Notes: a model not told the origin generated them from the sequence alone. A DNA stretch of 52,198 bases from Gaiellales bacterium (GCA_035537595.1 DATLLX010000016.1:1-52198), one strand, 5' to 3'. Positions 33,406-44,158 are shown, counted from the first letter of the stretch. A program made the numbers and translations.

Positions 33406-35211
33406 CTAGGCGCTGGGGGGCGTCTGGCCGCCCGGCTGCGGCGGGGCCAGCAGCCGCACCCCGAGCTCCGCCAGCGCGGGCGCTGGCACCTGCGTGGGCG
33501 CGCCGGTCAGCGGATCGACGCCGCCCTGAGCCTTGGGGAAGGCAATCACCTCGCGCAGTGAATCGGCCTCGGCCAGCAGCATCGACAACCGGTCGAGCCC
33601 GAACGCGATCCCGCCGTGCGGCGGCGCCCCCATGGCCAGCGCGCGCAGCAGGAACGAGAAGTTCTGCTCCTGGCGCTCGGCGGAGATGCCGAGCAGCTCG
33701 AAGATCGCGCTCTGCAGCTCCGGCCGGTGGTTGCGGATCGAGCCGCCGCCGATCTCGTTGCCGTTGAGGACGAGGTCGTACTGGGCCGCCCGGGCCTGCG
33801 CGGGATCGTCGGCGAAGCGCTGCTCCCATTCCGGCGCCGGTGCGGAGAACGGGTTGTGCGACGCCTTCCAGCGATTCTCATCGGGCAGCCACTCGAACAT
33901 GGGGAAGTCGATCACCCACGCGAACCGCCACTCGTCGGCGATCAGCCCTAGGCGCTCGCCGAGGTGCAGCCGCAGCGGCCCCAGCACGCGCACCGCCGCA
34001 TCCTCGGCGTCGGCCACCAGGAAGACGGTGTCGCCCTCGGCGGCGCCGATCCGCTCGACGATGGCGCGGAGCTCGTCCTCGCCCAGGAACTTGGCGATCG
34101 GCGAGCGGATCTCGCCGCCCTCTAGCAGCTGCAGCCAGGCCACGCCCTTGCCGCCCCACGTCTGCGCGAACGCCACCAGGTCGTCGAAGTCCTTGCGCGA
34201 GAAGTCCAGCGCGCCGGGCGCGGCGAGCCCGCGGACGACGCCGCCCGAGTCGATCACGCCGCGGAAGGCCTTGAACCCGGTCTCGCGGAGCGTGTCGGTG
34301 ACGTCGGCGATCTGGCAGCCGAACCGCAGGTCGGGCTTGTCGGAGCCGTACCGGAGGGTCGCCTCGTCCCAGGTGATGCGCCGGAACGGGGTCTCGAGCT
34401 CGGCGCCCAGAAGCTCCTTCCAGAGCCGCGCGAACAGCCCCTCCATCAGCGCGAACAGGTCCTCGCGGTCGAGGAAGGCCATCTCGATGTCGAGCTGGGT
34501 GAACTCCTGCGTGCGGTCGGCCCGGGTGGCCTCGTCGCGAAAGCAGCGGGCGATCTGGTAGTAGCGCTCGTAGCCCGCGATCGCGTACAGCTGCTTGTAG
34601 GTCTGCGGCGACTGCGGGAGGGCGTAGAAATGGCCGGGCCGGCTGCTGGTCGGCACCAGGAACTCGCGGGCACCCTCCGGGGTCGACTTGTAGAGGATCG
34701 GCGTCTCGAGCTCCCAGAAGTCGTTGTCCTCCATGTGGCGGCGGATCAGCTGGGTCAGCCGGAACCGGGTCCACAGGTTCCTGCGCATGGTCTCGCGCCG
34801 CAGGTCGAGGTAGCGATGGTGCAGGCGGAGCGTCTCGTCGACACCCTCCTCGTCGAGCTGGAAGGGCAGCACTGACGAGCGGTTGAGCAGCGTCAGCGCG
34901 TCCACCCGCACCTCGACCTCGCCGGTGGGAAGCTTGGGGTTCACGGTCTCGGGCGACCGCGGCGCGACCATGCCCTCCACCTGGATCACGTACTCGTTGC
35001 GCAGCTCGTGGGTCGCGCTGTGGGCCGCGGCGCTGTCATCGGGATCGAACACCAGCTGGACGACGCCGCCCCGGTCGCGCAGGTCGACGAATACCAGCCC
35101 GCCGTGATCGCGCCGCCGCGCCACCCATCCGGCCAGCGTCACCCGATCACCGGCGTCCGCGGCTCGCAGCTCGCCGCCCAGCCTCGTCCGGTACCCCACG
35201 CGCTCACCCAT
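33406..35211 (-). CDS. aspS: Aspartate--tRNA ligase
   Basis: A 601-aa protein with GWVARRRDHGGLVFVDLRDRGG, FYALPQSPQ.YKQL, ARCFRDE, the GAD insertion and GGGSIRNH...GAPPHGGIAFGLDRL. Confidence 0.97.
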   Translation of the reverse strand: MGERVGYRTRLGGELRAADAGDRVTLAGWVARRRDHGGLVFVDLRDRGGVVQLVFDPDDSAAAHSATHELRNEYVIQVEGMVAPRSPETVNPKLPTGEVEVRVDALTLLNRSSVLPFQLDEEGVDETLRLHHRYLDLRRETMRRNLWTRFRLTQLIRRHMEDNDFWELETPILYKSTPEGAREFLVPTSSRPGHFYALPQSPQTYKQLYAIAGYERYYQIARCFRDEATRADRTQEFTQLDIEMAFLDREDLFALMEGLFARLWKELLGAELETPFRRITWDEATLRYGSDKPDLRFGCQIADVTDTLRETGFKAFRGVIDSGGVVRGLAAPGALDFSRKDFDDLVAFAQTWGGKGVAWLQLLEGGEIRSPIAKFLGEDELRAIVERIGAAEGDTVFLVADAEDAAVRVLGPLRLHLGERLGLIADEWRFAWVIDFPMFEWLPDENRWKASHNPFSAPAPEWEQRFADDPAQARAAQYDLVLNGNEIGGGSIRNHRPELQSAIFELLGISAERQEQNFSFLLRALAMGAPPHGGIAFGLDRLSMLLAEADSLREVIAFPKAQGGVDPLTGAPTQVPAPALAELGVRLLAPPQPGGQTPPSA

Positions 35212-36448
35212 CCTTCGTCAGCTCGGAAACCAGATCGTCGAGCGCGACCGTGCGCTGCTCGCCTCGCGTCATATCACGCACCGTCGCCTCGCCGCGTGAC
35301 CACTCGTCGTCGCCGACGATCACCGCCCGGGTCGCCCCCCGCCTGGCGGCCAGGTCGAGCAACCGCTTCAGCCGCCGCGATCCATAGCCGGCGTCGGCGG
35401 GCACCCCGGCGGCTTGCAGCTCGTCCATCAGCGCGTACAGCCGGGGCCGCGCCGGATCGGCGATGACGGCGAAGAACACCATGCCGGCGGGCGCCGGCGG
35501 CCGCGGCCGGGTGACCTCGAGCAGCCGCTCGAGCCCTGCGCCGAAGCCGACGCCGGGCACGTGCGGCCCGCCCAGCTGCTCGGCCAGGCCGTCGTATCGG
35601 CCACCGCCGGAGATCGAGCTCTCCAGCCCCGCCCCGGTCCACTCCCACGCCGTGCGGGTGTAATAGTCCAGCCCCCGCACCAGGGTGGGCACCAGCTCGT
35701 AGGCGACCCCCCGGGCGTCCAGGAACTCGCGGACGCCGGCGAAATGCTCGGCACATGCGTCGCACAGGTGGTCGGTGATCCGGGGCGCAGCCGCTAGCAC
35801 CGCCTGGCAGCTGCGGTTCTTGCAGTCGAGCACGCGAAGCGGATTGCTGTTCCGCCGCTCGCGGCACTCCTCGCACAGCTCGTCCCAGTGCTGGTCGATG
35901 AACTCCACCAGCAGCTCGACGTAGGCCGGCCGGCAGACGGCGTCGCCGATCGAGTTCAGCTCCAGGCGCAGGCCGGGCACGCCGCAGCGCTGGTACCACC
36001 GGCGCTGCAGGGCGATCACCTCGGCATCCACGGCGGGATCGTCCGAGCCGATCACCTCCACCCCGAACTGGTAGTGCTCGCGCGACCGGCCCCGCTGCAC
36101 CGAGCTGTAGCGGAAGTGGCTCTGGGCGTACCACAGCTTGACCGGCTGCGGCAGCCGCGTCATCCCGTCCAGGTAGGCGCGCATGACCGGCGCCGTGCTC
36201 TCCGGACGGAGCGTCAGCGACCGGCCGCTGCGGTCCTCGAAGGTGTACATCTCCTTCTGAACGACGTCCGAGGACTCGCCCGACGAGCGCGCGAACAGGG
36301 CGGTGTCCTCGAAGCCGGGGGTCACGATCTCGCCGTAGCCGGCGGGCTCGAACACCTCCCGGGCCAGGTCGAGCACGCGCCGGCGGACGGCGGCATCCTC
36401 GCCGTACCAGTCCCGCGTGCCGCGGGGCGCCTGGAACCGGTCGCTCAT
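35204..36448 (-). CDS. hisS: Histidine--tRNA ligase
   Basis: FQAPRGTRDW, LTLRPESTAPVMR, FRYSSVQRGRSREHYQFGVE and GGGRYDGL. Confidence 0.95.
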   Translation of the reverse strand: MSDRFQAPRGTRDWYGEDAAVRRRVLDLAREVFEPAGYGEIVTPGFEDTALFARSSGESSDVVQKEMYTFEDRSGRSLTLRPESTAPVMRAYLDGMTRLPQPVKLWYAQSHFRYSSVQRGRSREHYQFGVEVIGSDDPAVDAEVIALQRRWYQRCGVPGLRLELNSIGDAVCRPAYVELLVEFIDQHWDELCEECRERRNSNPLRVLDCKNRSCQAVLAAAPRITDHLCDACAEHFAGVREFLDARGVAYELVPTLVRGLDYYTRTAWEWTGAGLESSISGGGRYDGLAEQLGGPHVPGVGFGAGLERLLEVTRPRPPAPAGMVFFAVIADPARPRLYALMDELQAAGVPADAGYGSRRLKRLLDLAARRGATRAVIVGDDEWSRGEATVRDMTRGEQRTVALDDLVSELTKDG

Positions 36449-37053
36449 CCGCGCAGGCCGGCCAGGAAGGGGTTGGTCTCGAGCTCCCGCTCGAGCGTGG
36501 TCGGCGGCCCGTGGCCGGACGCCACCACGGTGTCGGACGGCAGCTCCGAGAGCAGCAGAGCGATGCTGCGCTCGAGGGTCGGCCAGTCGCCGCCGGCCAG
36601 GTCGGTGCGGCCCACCGAACCGGCGAACAGCACGTCGCCCACGAACGCCACGCCGCCGGCGGAGAAGGCCACCGAGCCGGCGGTGTGCCCGGGGACGTCG
36701 AACGTGCGGAAGGCGATCCCGGCCACCTCGACGGTGTCGCCGCCGCCGACCAGGTGGTCGGGCTCGTAGGGGGCCGGTGGGAAGCTGCGCAGGTCGTCGG
36801 CGTCGCCCCGCGCCATCCAGACCGGAGCGCCGGTGTCCCGGGCCAGGTCGCGGACAGCACCGATGTGGTCGAGGTGGCCGTGGGTGACCAGGATCGCCCG
36901 AGCCGTCCAGCCGCGGCCGGCCAGGGTCTCGAGCACCCGTTCCGGCTCGTCGCCGGGATCGATCACGACCGCGTCTTCGGATCCCTCCCGCGCCACCAGG
37001 TAACAGTTCGTCCCATAGGCGCCCAGGGGGAGGCTGACGACCTGCAGGCTCAC
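36445..37053 (-). CDS. MBL-fold metallo-hydrolase (glyoxalase II-like)
   Basis: ILVTHGHLDHIGAV, VPGHTAGSVAF and SGHGPPTT. It overlaps hisS by 4 nt (ATGA). Confidence 0.85.
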   Translation of the reverse strand: MSLQVVSLPLGAYGTNCYLVAREGSEDAVVIDPGDEPERVLETLAGRGWTARAILVTHGHLDHIGAVRDLARDTGAPVWMARGDADDLRSFPPAPYEPDHLVGGGDTVEVAGIAFRTFDVPGHTAGSVAFSAGGVAFVGDVLFAGSVGRTDLAGGDWPTLERSIALLLSELPSDTVVASGHGPPTTLERELETNPFLAGLRG

Positions 37054-37430
37054 CCCTGCCGCTTGAGGGCGCGACGGTACAGGAACATGTCCATGAAGTA
37101 GCCGAACGGGGTCAGCCAGCAGAAGAAGACGGCCGCCTGCAGCGCCGCCTGCATGGGTGTTGGCTTGGATCCGCCGCCCAGGTCGATCAGCTGGATGACG
37201 ACGAACAGGAAGGCGCTCATGATCAGCGCCCGGCGGGCCGCCCGCAGGTACGACGGCGGCTTCACCTCCTTGGCGCCCAGCATCACCGGTTTCTGCGCCC
37301 GCCCCTTGCCGGCCGCCCGGCCGGAGCTCCGGTCCTCGGACGCGGACTGCTCGTCGGCCTCCTGCCCGTCCAGCCGGGTGTGGGCCACCGCCCGCTTGTA
37401 TCTGCGCCGCTGCTGCTTCTTGGTCGCCAC
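37050..37430 (-). CDS. Small membrane protein (basic N-terminus, 2 predicted TM helices)
   Basis: MATKKQQRRRYKR...ALIMSAFLFVVIQLI...AAVFFCWLTPFGYFMDMF. There is a GTGA overlap with the MBL hydrolase gene. Confidence 0.55.
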   Translation of the reverse strand: MATKKQQRRRYKRAVAHTRLDGQEADEQSASEDRSSGRAAGKGRAQKPVMLGAKEVKPPSYLRAARRALIMSAFLFVVIQLIDLGGGSKPTPMQAALQAAVFFCWLTPFGYFMDMFLYRRALKRQG

Positions 37431-37456
37431 GGGAGGAAGTGTATTCGACCGGCCGT

Positions 37457-38308
37457 CTACAGCCGGGACAGCTGCTCCACCAGATCGCGGGCCTCGTCCG
37501 CTCGGCCGGCCCGCTCGGCCTGCCCGATCTGCTCGACCAGCCGGCGGGCCTCCTCGCGGCGTGGCGAGTAGGCCAGCCGCTGCTGGAAGATCTCGTGGGC
37601 CTGCTGCATCGGTGTGGCGTCGGCAGGGAGGGCCCGGGGCTCGGGCTCCGCGGCCGGGTAGGAGGGTCGCGAGGCGTTCGCGATCCGGGCCACCGGCGCC
37701 TGGATCACCGGCGGCGGTGCGGGCTCAGCCGGCCGGACGGGCTCCGGTGGCGGGCTCGGCTCCGTCTCCTCGTCCTCGTCGGAGTCGGGTGGCGGCGGCG
37801 GCGCGACGTCGTCCGGCAGGCGGGCGGCGACCAGCGCCCAGGTCACGCCGGCGCCCAGCCCGGTGACCACCTGCAGCAGCCAGACCAGCGTGCGCTCGCG
37901 GGTCGAGAAGGTGACCTCGGCCGGGCCGCTGCCCACCCCGCCGCGCAGCGCGATCGCCGTCGAGGCGATCACCATCGCCGCGCCGACCAGCGCGTAGCCG
38001 ACGGCCAGGCCACCGGCCAGCCGGCCGGCGTGCGCCGACCAGCCCGACAGGTCCGCTCCCCGTGCCAGGGCCCACCACAGCGCCAGCAGCCCCGCCGTGA
38101 ACCACACCGTGTGCTCGATCCGGAACTCCCACAGGCCCAGCCCGAGCCGGTCGTACCAGTCCAGCAGCGACGCGTTGGGCGTCGAGCGGGCCGCCTCGAT
38201 CAGGGCCTCGACGGTGACCGCGACGCCCACCAGCAGCATGCCCAGGCCCGCCAGGCCGACCGCGTCGGCGACCGGCAGCTCGCGCAGCCGGCGGGTGAGC
38301 TCCTTCAC
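37457..38308 (-). CDS. Hypothetical polytopic membrane protein with a Pro/Glu-rich linker and a helical C-terminal tail
   Basis: About 4 hydrophobic helices, then PPPPPDSDEDEETEPSPPPEPVRPAEPAPPP, then a helical Arg/Glu-rich end. There is a GTGA overlap with the hutI stop. Confidence 0.55.
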   Translation of the reverse strand: MKELTRRLRELPVADAVGLAGLGMLLVGVAVTVEALIEAARSTPNASLLDWYDRLGLGLWEFRIEHTVWFTAGLLALWWALARGADLSGWSAHAGRLAGGLAVGYALVGAAMVIASTAIALRGGVGSGPAEVTFSTRERTLVWLLQVVTGLGAGVTWALVAARLPDDVAPPPPPDSDEDEETEPSPPPEPVRPAEPAPPPVIQAPVARIANASRPSYPAAEPEPRALPADATPMQQAHEIFQQRLAYSPRREEARRLVEQIGQAERAGRADEARDLVEQLSRL

Positions 38309-39546
38309 AGCGCGACCCCCAGCTTGAACGTCCGGTGCACGACGGCGCCCCCCAGGTGGTAGGCCAAATGGCGCCAGTCATCAGCCTCCAGCAGCACCAG
38401 GTCGCCGTCATATCCCGCCGCCAGCCGGCCCAGCCGGCCGTGGCGGCCCAGCACCCAGGCGGCGTTGACCGTGGAGGCGGCCAGCGCCTCGGCGGGGGTC
38501 ATGTGCAGCTGCATGCAGGCAAGCGAGTTCACCACAGGCAGAGATTCGCAGAACGCGCTGCCCGGGTTCAGGTCGGTGGCCAGGGCGACGATGCCCCCGC
38601 CCTCGATCAGCTCCCGGGCGGGCGGCCGCGGCAGGTCGAGCGTGAGCACGCAGGCCGGCAGCAGAACCGCCGCCACGTCGCTCGCCGCCAGCAGGGCGGC
38701 GCCCTCCGGCCCGGTGGCCTCCAGGTGATCGACGGAGCGGGCCCGAAGCTCGATCGCCAACTCGATGCCGCCGCCCTCGCTGAACTGGTCGGCGTGCAGA
38801 CGGAGCTCGAGGCCGTGCCCGGCCGCCGCTCGCAGGTAGCGTTCGGCCTGAGCGCGGTCGAAGCTGCCCCGCTCCAGGAAGACGTCCGCCGCCTCCGCCA
38901 GGCGGCCCGCCTCCGGCAGCACCTCGCCGATCACGAAATCCAGGTAGCGGTCGGCGTCCCCCTCGAACTCGGGGCCGACCGAGTGGGCGCCGAGAAAGGT
39001 GGGCACGGTCTCGATCGAGTGGGCCGCGGCGGCGGCCCGCAGCATGGCCAGCTCGGTGTCGCGATCGAGGCCGTACCCCGACTTGACCTCGGCCGTGGTC
39101 GTCCCGTGGCCCGCCATCCAGGACAGATGCCGGTCGAGGATCTCCTCCAGCCGGCCGCTCGCCGCAGCCGCCCGTGTCTCGCGAACGGTGGATGCGATGC
39201 CGCCGCCAGCGGCGTGGATGCGCTCGTAGTCCGCACCCTGTGCCCGCAGCTCGAACTCGGCCGCCCGGTCGCCGCCGAAGATGGCGTGGGTGTGGCAGTC
39301 GATCAGGCCCGGCACCGCGGCCCGGCCGCCGGCGTCGAGCACCGGCAGGTCGCCATGGTCGCGCAGCACCGCGTCGCGCGGGCCGGCCGCAGCGATCCGG
39401 CCGCCGACGATGGCCACCGCCGCGGCGGGCACCACGTCCACCGCGGCCAGGTCGCCCCCGCGCAGCGGCGCGTGGGTGCCCGCGGGCGACGCCAGCTGCG
39501 CGATGTTGTCGATCAGGATGTCGGACGTCGCGCTAGGCGCGGCCAT
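38305..39546 (-). CDS. hutI: Imidazolonepropionase
   Basis: PGLIDCHTH, ASGRLEEILDRHLSWMAGHGTTTAEVKSGYGL, LRLHADQF and ALATDLNPGS. Confidence 0.9.
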   Translation of the reverse strand: MAAPSATSDILIDNIAQLASPAGTHAPLRGGDLAAVDVVPAAAVAIVGGRIAAAGPRDAVLRDHGDLPVLDAGGRAAVPGLIDCHTHAIFGGDRAAEFELRAQGADYERIHAAGGGIASTVRETRAAAASGRLEEILDRHLSWMAGHGTTTAEVKSGYGLDRDTELAMLRAAAAAHSIETVPTFLGAHSVGPEFEGDADRYLDFVIGEVLPEAGRLAEAADVFLERGSFDRAQAERYLRAAAGHGLELRLHADQFSEGGGIELAIELRARSVDHLEATGPEGAALLAASDVAAVLLPACVLTLDLPRPPARELIEGGGIVALATDLNPGSAFCESLPVVNSLACMQLHMTPAEALAASTVNAAWVLGRHGRLGRLAAGYDGDLVLLEADDWRHLAYHLGGAVVHRTFKLGVAL

Positions 39547-40210
39547 AGGCGGGGATCGTACCGCCCGACAGCGGTGCGGAGTCCTCGGCGCACAGCCACT
39601 CGATGACGCGGGCCAGCTGGTCGCCGGTCGTCCAGCGGGAGACGTCGGCGTCGGGGCTCTGCCGCCGGTTCTGCGGCGTGTCGACGATGCTGGGCATGAT
39701 CGCGTTGGCCCGGATGCCCTGCTTGCGCACCTCGGCGTCGACCGCCTGCATCAGCGCGATCACCCCCGCCTTGGAGACGATGTAGGAGCCCGCGCCGGCA
39801 AACGGCCGGATGGCGGCCCGGCTGCTGACGTAGACGATCGAGCCGCTGCCCGCCTCGACCATCGGCCGCAGCGCCGCCCGGGTGATGGTGTAGGCGGTGT
39901 CCAGGTTGATCCGCAGCATGGCGTGCCAGTCCTCCGGAGACGACTCCTGCACCGGCCCCATCTCGCGGAAGCCTCCGGCCACGCAGGCCAGGGCGTCGAC
40001 GGCCCCGAACCGGTCGAGGCAGCGCTCCACCACCGTCTCGGCGGCGGCCGGATCGGTCAGGTCGGCGGCCACGACGAGCACGCCCTCCGGCAGCTCGACG
40101 GCGCCACGCGCGGTCGCGCACACGCTCCAGCCCTGCTCGAGGAAGCGGTCGAGCACCGCCCGGCCCCAGCCGCCGGCCACGCCGGTCAGGATCGCCGTCC
40201 GGGCCGCCAC
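39533..40210 (-). CDS. SDR-family oxidoreductase
   Basis: TAILTGVAGGWGRAV (TGxxxGxG-like) and SYIVSKAGV (YxxxK). It overlaps the hutI start by 14 nt. Confidence 0.85.
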   Translation of the reverse strand: MAARTAILTGVAGGWGRAVLDRFLEQGWSVCATARGAVELPEGVLVVAADLTDPAAAETVVERCLDRFGAVDALACVAGGFREMGPVQESSPEDWHAMLRINLDTAYTITRAALRPMVEAGSGSIVYVSSRAAIRPFAGAGSYIVSKAGVIALMQAVDAEVRKQGIRANAIMPSIVDTPQNRRQSPDADVSRWTTGDQLARVIEWLCAEDSAPLSGGTIPAYGRA

Positions 40211-40216
40211 GCCCGC

Positions 40217-41923
40217 CTACTCCCCCCGCATCGGCAGGCGGACGCCCCGTTCGCGGGCCGTGTCCGCAGCCTCGTCGTACCCGGCGTCGGCGTGGCGGGC
40301 AACGCCGATCCCGGGGTCGTTCGTCAGCACCCGCTCGAGGCGCTCGTCCATCTCCGAACTGCCGTCGGCAACGATCACCAGCCCGGCGTGGATCGAGTTG
40401 CCGATGCCCACGCCGCCGCCGTGGTGCACCGACACCCACGACGCGCCGGACGCCGTCGAGAGCAGCGCGTTCAGGATCGGCCAGTCCGCGATCGCATCGC
40501 TGCCGTCCTTCATGGCCTCCGTCTCGCGGAACGGCGAGGCCACCGACCCGGTGTCGAGATGGTCGCGGCCGATCACGATCGGCGCCGACACCTCGCCGCG
40601 TCGCACCAGGTCGTTGAACAGCAGCCCGGCCTTCGCCCGGTCGCCGTAGCCCAGCCAGCAGATCCGGGAGGGCAGCCCCTGGAAGGCGATCCGCTGCGGG
40701 GCGATGGTCAGCCAGCGCTGGAGCAGCCCGTCGTCGGGGAAGGCTTCGAGCAGCGCGGCGTCGATCCGGGCGATGTCGTCCGGATCGCCGGACAGGGCGG
40801 CCCAGCGGAACGGCCCGGCGCCCCGGCAGAACAGCGGCCTGACGTAGGCGGGCACGAACCCCGGAAAGGCGAAGGCGTCTGCGAAGCCGGCGTCGAGGGC
40901 CTCGGTGCGCAGGTTGTTGCCATAGTCGAAGACGTGGCTGCCGGCCTCCTGGAAGGCCACCATCGCCTTCACATGCTCGACCGCCGTCGCCCGGGCCAGC
41001 CGGACGTACTCGTCGGGGTCGCGCTCGCGCAGGGCCACCGCGTCGGCATAGGTCATGCCCCGTGGCACGTAGCCGTTCAGCATGTCGTGGGCCGACGTCT
41101 GGTCGGTGACCAGGTCGAAACCGGCGCCCCGCCGGGCCAGCTCGGGGAAGACGTCGCCGGCGTTGCCCAGCAGGCCAACGGACAGGCCCTCCCCCCGCTC
41201 CGCCGCCCGGCGCACGCGCTCGACGGCGTCGTCGAGGTCGTCGGCGACCTCGTCCAGGTACCGCGTCTCCAGCCGCCGCTCGATCCGGTGGGGGTCGATC
41301 TCGACGTTGAGCGACGCCGCACCGGCCAGCGATGCCGCCAGCGGCTGGGCGCCGCCCATGCCGCCCAGGCCGGCGGTGAGGATCGTGCGGCCGGCCAGGT
41401 CGGGCGAGCCCCAGTGCGTCTCGCCGGCGGCCGCGAAGGTCTGGAACGTCCCCTGCAGGATGCCCTGGGTGCCGATGTAGATCCACGATCCGGCCGTCAT
41501 CTGGCCGAACATGGTCAGCCCCTCCGCCTCCAGTCGCCGGAACTCGTCCCAGGTGGCGAACCGGGGCACGAGCAGCGAGTTGGCGATGATCACTCGGGGC
41601 GCGCCGCGGTGGGTGCGGAAGATCGCCACCGGCTTTCCGGACTGGATGAGCAGCGTCTCGTCGTCCTCGAGCCCGATCAGGCTGGCGACGATGGCCTTCA
41701 GCGCCTCGTGGCTCCGCGCCGCCCGACCCGACCCGCCGTAGACGACCAGGTTGGCCGGATCTTCGGCCACCTCGGGATCGAGGTTGTTGCACAGCATCCG
41801 CAGCGCGGCCTCCTGATGCCAGCCCTTGCAGCGCAGCTGCGATCCGTGCGGCGCCCGGATCCTGGTCAGGTCGCCGACCAGCGTCTCGACGTCGTCTCGC
41901 GTGGGTGCTGTGGCCACGGGCAC
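40217..41923 (-). CDS. hutU: Urocanate hydratase
   Basis: A 568-aa protein with [45 protein letters not shown] and [12 protein letters not shown]. Confidence 0.95.
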   Translation of the reverse strand: MPVATAPTRDDVETLVGDLTRIRAPHGSQLRCKGWHQEAALRMLCNNLDPEVAEDPANLVVYGGSGRAARSHEALKAIVASLIGLEDDETLLIQSGKPVAIFRTHRGAPRVIIANSLLVPRFATWDEFRRLEAEGLTMFGQMTAGSWIYIGTQGILQGTFQTFAAAGETHWGSPDLAGRTILTAGLGGMGGAQPLAASLAGAASLNVEIDPHRIERRLETRYLDEVADDLDDAVERVRRAAERGEGLSVGLLGNAGDVFPELARRGAGFDLVTDQTSAHDMLNGYVPRGMTYADAVALRERDPDEYVRLARATAVEHVKAMVAFQEAGSHVFDYGNNLRTEALDAGFADAFAFPGFVPAYVRPLFCRGAGPFRWAALSGDPDDIARIDAALLEAFPDDGLLQRWLTIAPQRIAFQGLPSRICWLGYGDRAKAGLLFNDLVRRGEVSAPIVIGRDHLDTGSVASPFRETEAMKDGSDAIADWPILNALLSTASGASWVSVHHGGGVGIGNSIHAGLVIVADGSSEMDERLERVLTNDPGIGVARHADAGYDEAADTARERGVRLPMRGE

Positions 41924-41967
41924 ACGCTACCAGGCGACGCGTGGGCGGAGCCGCTAGCCTGCGCCGC

Positions 41968-43038
41968 ATGCGCCGCCGCCTGCCACTCGGCTGCCTGCTC
42001 ACCCTGTCGCTGCTGGCCTTCGCCGGCCCGGCCCAGGCGGCCCGGCTGGCGAAGATCGCCGACGGGCTGAACCAGCCGCTCTACGTCACCCAGGCGCCGG
42101 GCGACGGCACGCGGCTGTTCATCGTGCTCAAGGGCGGCGCCATCCGGGTGATGAAGAACGGCAGCCTGCTTCGCACACCCTTCCTGAGCCTGCGCGGGAA
42201 GGTCTCGACGGGCGGCGAGCAGGGGCTGCTGGGGCTGGCCTTCGATCCCCGCTACCGGTCGAACGGCCGCTTCTTCGTCTCCTACACCAACCTCGCCGGG
42301 GACTCCCGGGTGGTGGCCTACCACCGGCAGACCGCCGACCGGGCGAACCCCCGCTCAGGACGGGTGTTCCTGAAGGTCGACCAGCCCTATGCCAACCACA
42401 ACGGCGGCCACATCGCATTCGGGCCCGACGGCAAGCTGTACGTCGGCCTGGGCGACGGCGGCAGCGCCGGCGATCCGCAGAACCGCGGCCAGCGCAAGTG
42501 GGGCCTGCTGGCGAAGATCCTCAAGCTCGACGTCAGCCGGCGGCCGCCCCGGATCGTGCGCTACGCCTATGGCGTGCGGAACCCCTGGCGGTTCTCGTTC
42601 GACCGCAAGCGGGGAGACCTGTGGATCGGCGACGTCGGTCAGGGATCCTGGGAGGAGGTCGACGTGATCCGCGCCGGCACGCCGCGGGGCACCAACCTGG
42701 GCTGGAGCTACTACGAGGGCACCCACGTGTTCAAGCGGCAGCCGATCGACCGCTCGCGGCTCAAGTTCCCCGCCGCCGAGTACAGCCATGCCGGCGGCAA
42801 CTGCTCGGTGACTGGCGGCTACGTCTACCGCGGCACGGCCATCCCCCGGCTGCGCGGCTGGTACCTGTACGCCGACTACTGCTCGGGCAGGGTGTGGAAG
42901 CGGCCGGCCACCGGCGGCCGGTCGCAGCAGATGTCGTTCAGCGGCGACGTCGGCCAGCTGGCCTCGTTCGGCGAGGGCCTCGGCGGCGGCCTGTTCGTAG
43001 TCTCGCTGTCGGGCGCCATCTACCGCATCGTTCCCTGA
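41968..43038 (+). CDS. PQQ-dependent (soluble glucose/sorbosone dehydrogenase-type) beta-propeller oxidoreductase, secreted
   Basis: The signal peptide is MRRRLPLGCLLTLSLLAFAGPAQA. Also GEQGLLGLAFDP and HNGGHIAFGPDGKLYVGLGDGGSAGDP. ATG 41968 is chosen over the track start 41905, which overlaps hutU. Confidence 0.85.
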   Translation: MRRRLPLGCLLTLSLLAFAGPAQAARLAKIADGLNQPLYVTQAPGDGTRLFIVLKGGAIRVMKNGSLLRTPFLSLRGKVSTGGEQGLLGLAFDPRYRSNGRFFVSYTNLAGDSRVVAYHRQTADRANPRSGRVFLKVDQPYANHNGGHIAFGPDGKLYVGLGDGGSAGDPQNRGQRKWGLLAKILKLDVSRRPPRIVRYAYGVRNPWRFSFDRKRGDLWIGDVGQGSWEEVDVIRAGTPRGTNLGWSYYEGTHVFKRQPIDRSRLKFPAAEYSHAGGNCSVTGGYVYRGTAIPRLRGWYLYADYCSGRVWKRPATGGRSQQMSFSGDVGQLASFGEGLGGGLFVVSLSGAIYRIVP

Positions 43039-43102
43039 GCCGGCGCGGCTCCGCGCACGATCGTGATAGCGGGCGGGGGCATCCGCTCCCTACGCTCGGA
43101 GG

Positions 43103-44113
43103 GTGGCGGCCTATCTGATCCGGCGTGTGCTGTGGGCGGTGGTGCTGTTCCTGGCCGTGACCGCGATCACCTACGCCATCTTCTTCGTGATCCCGGTCGA
43201 CCCCGCCCGCCGCATCGCCGGCAAGGCGGCCACGCCGGCCGACGTCGAGCGGGTGCGCCACCAGCTGGGCCTGGACGACCCGATCTACCTGCAGTACGCC
43301 CACTACCTGCGCGATCTGGTCGTCCACCAGTCGCTGGGCTACTCGTACGCCAATCGCGTCAGCGTCAACGAGGTGGTGATCGCCGAGGCTCCGGTGACCG
43401 CCTCGCTGGTGCTGGGCGGCATGGTGATCTGGATGCTGATCGGCGTGCCGCTGGGGATCCTGTCGGCGCTGAGACCGAGATCGCGGCTCGACAGGATGGC
43501 GATGGTCGGGGTGCTGATCGGCATCTCCGCGCACCCGGTGTGGATCGGTCTGGTGCTGGCCTACCTGCTGGGCTACGTCCCCACCACCGGAGAGTTCCTC
43601 GGCATCAGCTTCCCGCCCTTCCAGATCTTCCCGGTGCAGGGCTATTGCGAGGCGTTCTCGCCGCCCCCCGGGGCCGACTGCGGCGGCGTTCTGGCGTGGA
43701 GCTGGCACCTGCTGCTGCCCTGGTTCACGCTGGCCATCCTCTACGCGGCCAACTACACCCGGATGACCCGGGCGACCACGATCGAGACGCTGAACGAGGA
43801 CTACGTGCGCACCGCCCGGGCCAAGGGAGTGGGCCCGCGCCGGGTGCTGCGCGCCCACGTGGTGCGAAACTCGATGCTGCCGATCGTGACCATGCTGGGC
43901 ATGGACGTGGCTCTGGCGCTGGGCGGCGCGGTGTTCGTGGAGATCGTGTTCGGGCTGCCGGGGCTGGGCAAGGAGGCGGTGTCGTCACTGACCGCGTTCG
44001 ACTACCCGGTGACGATGGGGCTGACGATCTTCGCCACCCTGGTCGTGATCGTCTTCAACCTGCTGGTCGACGTCGCCTACGCCTACCTTGATCCACGTAT
44101 TCGATTGACCTGA
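43103..44113 (+). CDS. ABC transporter permease, DppB/OppB family (orphan: no partner permease, ATPase or binding-protein gene adjacent)
   Basis: AAYLIRRVLWAVVLFLAVTAITYAIFFVIP.DP...LGLDDPIYLQY, and an EAA-like loop YVRTARAKGV. Confidence 0.9.
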   Translation: MAAYLIRRVLWAVVLFLAVTAITYAIFFVIPVDPARRIAGKAATPADVERVRHQLGLDDPIYLQYAHYLRDLVVHQSLGYSYANRVSVNEVVIAEAPVTASLVLGGMVIWMLIGVPLGILSALRPRSRLDRMAMVGVLIGISAHPVWIGLVLAYLLGYVPTTGEFLGISFPPFQIFPVQGYCEAFSPPPGADCGGVLAWSWHLLLPWFTLAILYAANYTRMTRATTIETLNEDYVRTARAKGVGPRRVLRAHVVRNSMLPIVTMLGMDVALALGGAVFVEIVFGLPGLGKEAVSSLTAFDYPVTMGLTIFATLVVIVFNLLVDVAYAYLDPRIRLT

Positions 44114-44158
44114 GCGAACGCCAACTCCGTCCCGCCGGGCGGCGTCCCAGCGGGCAGG

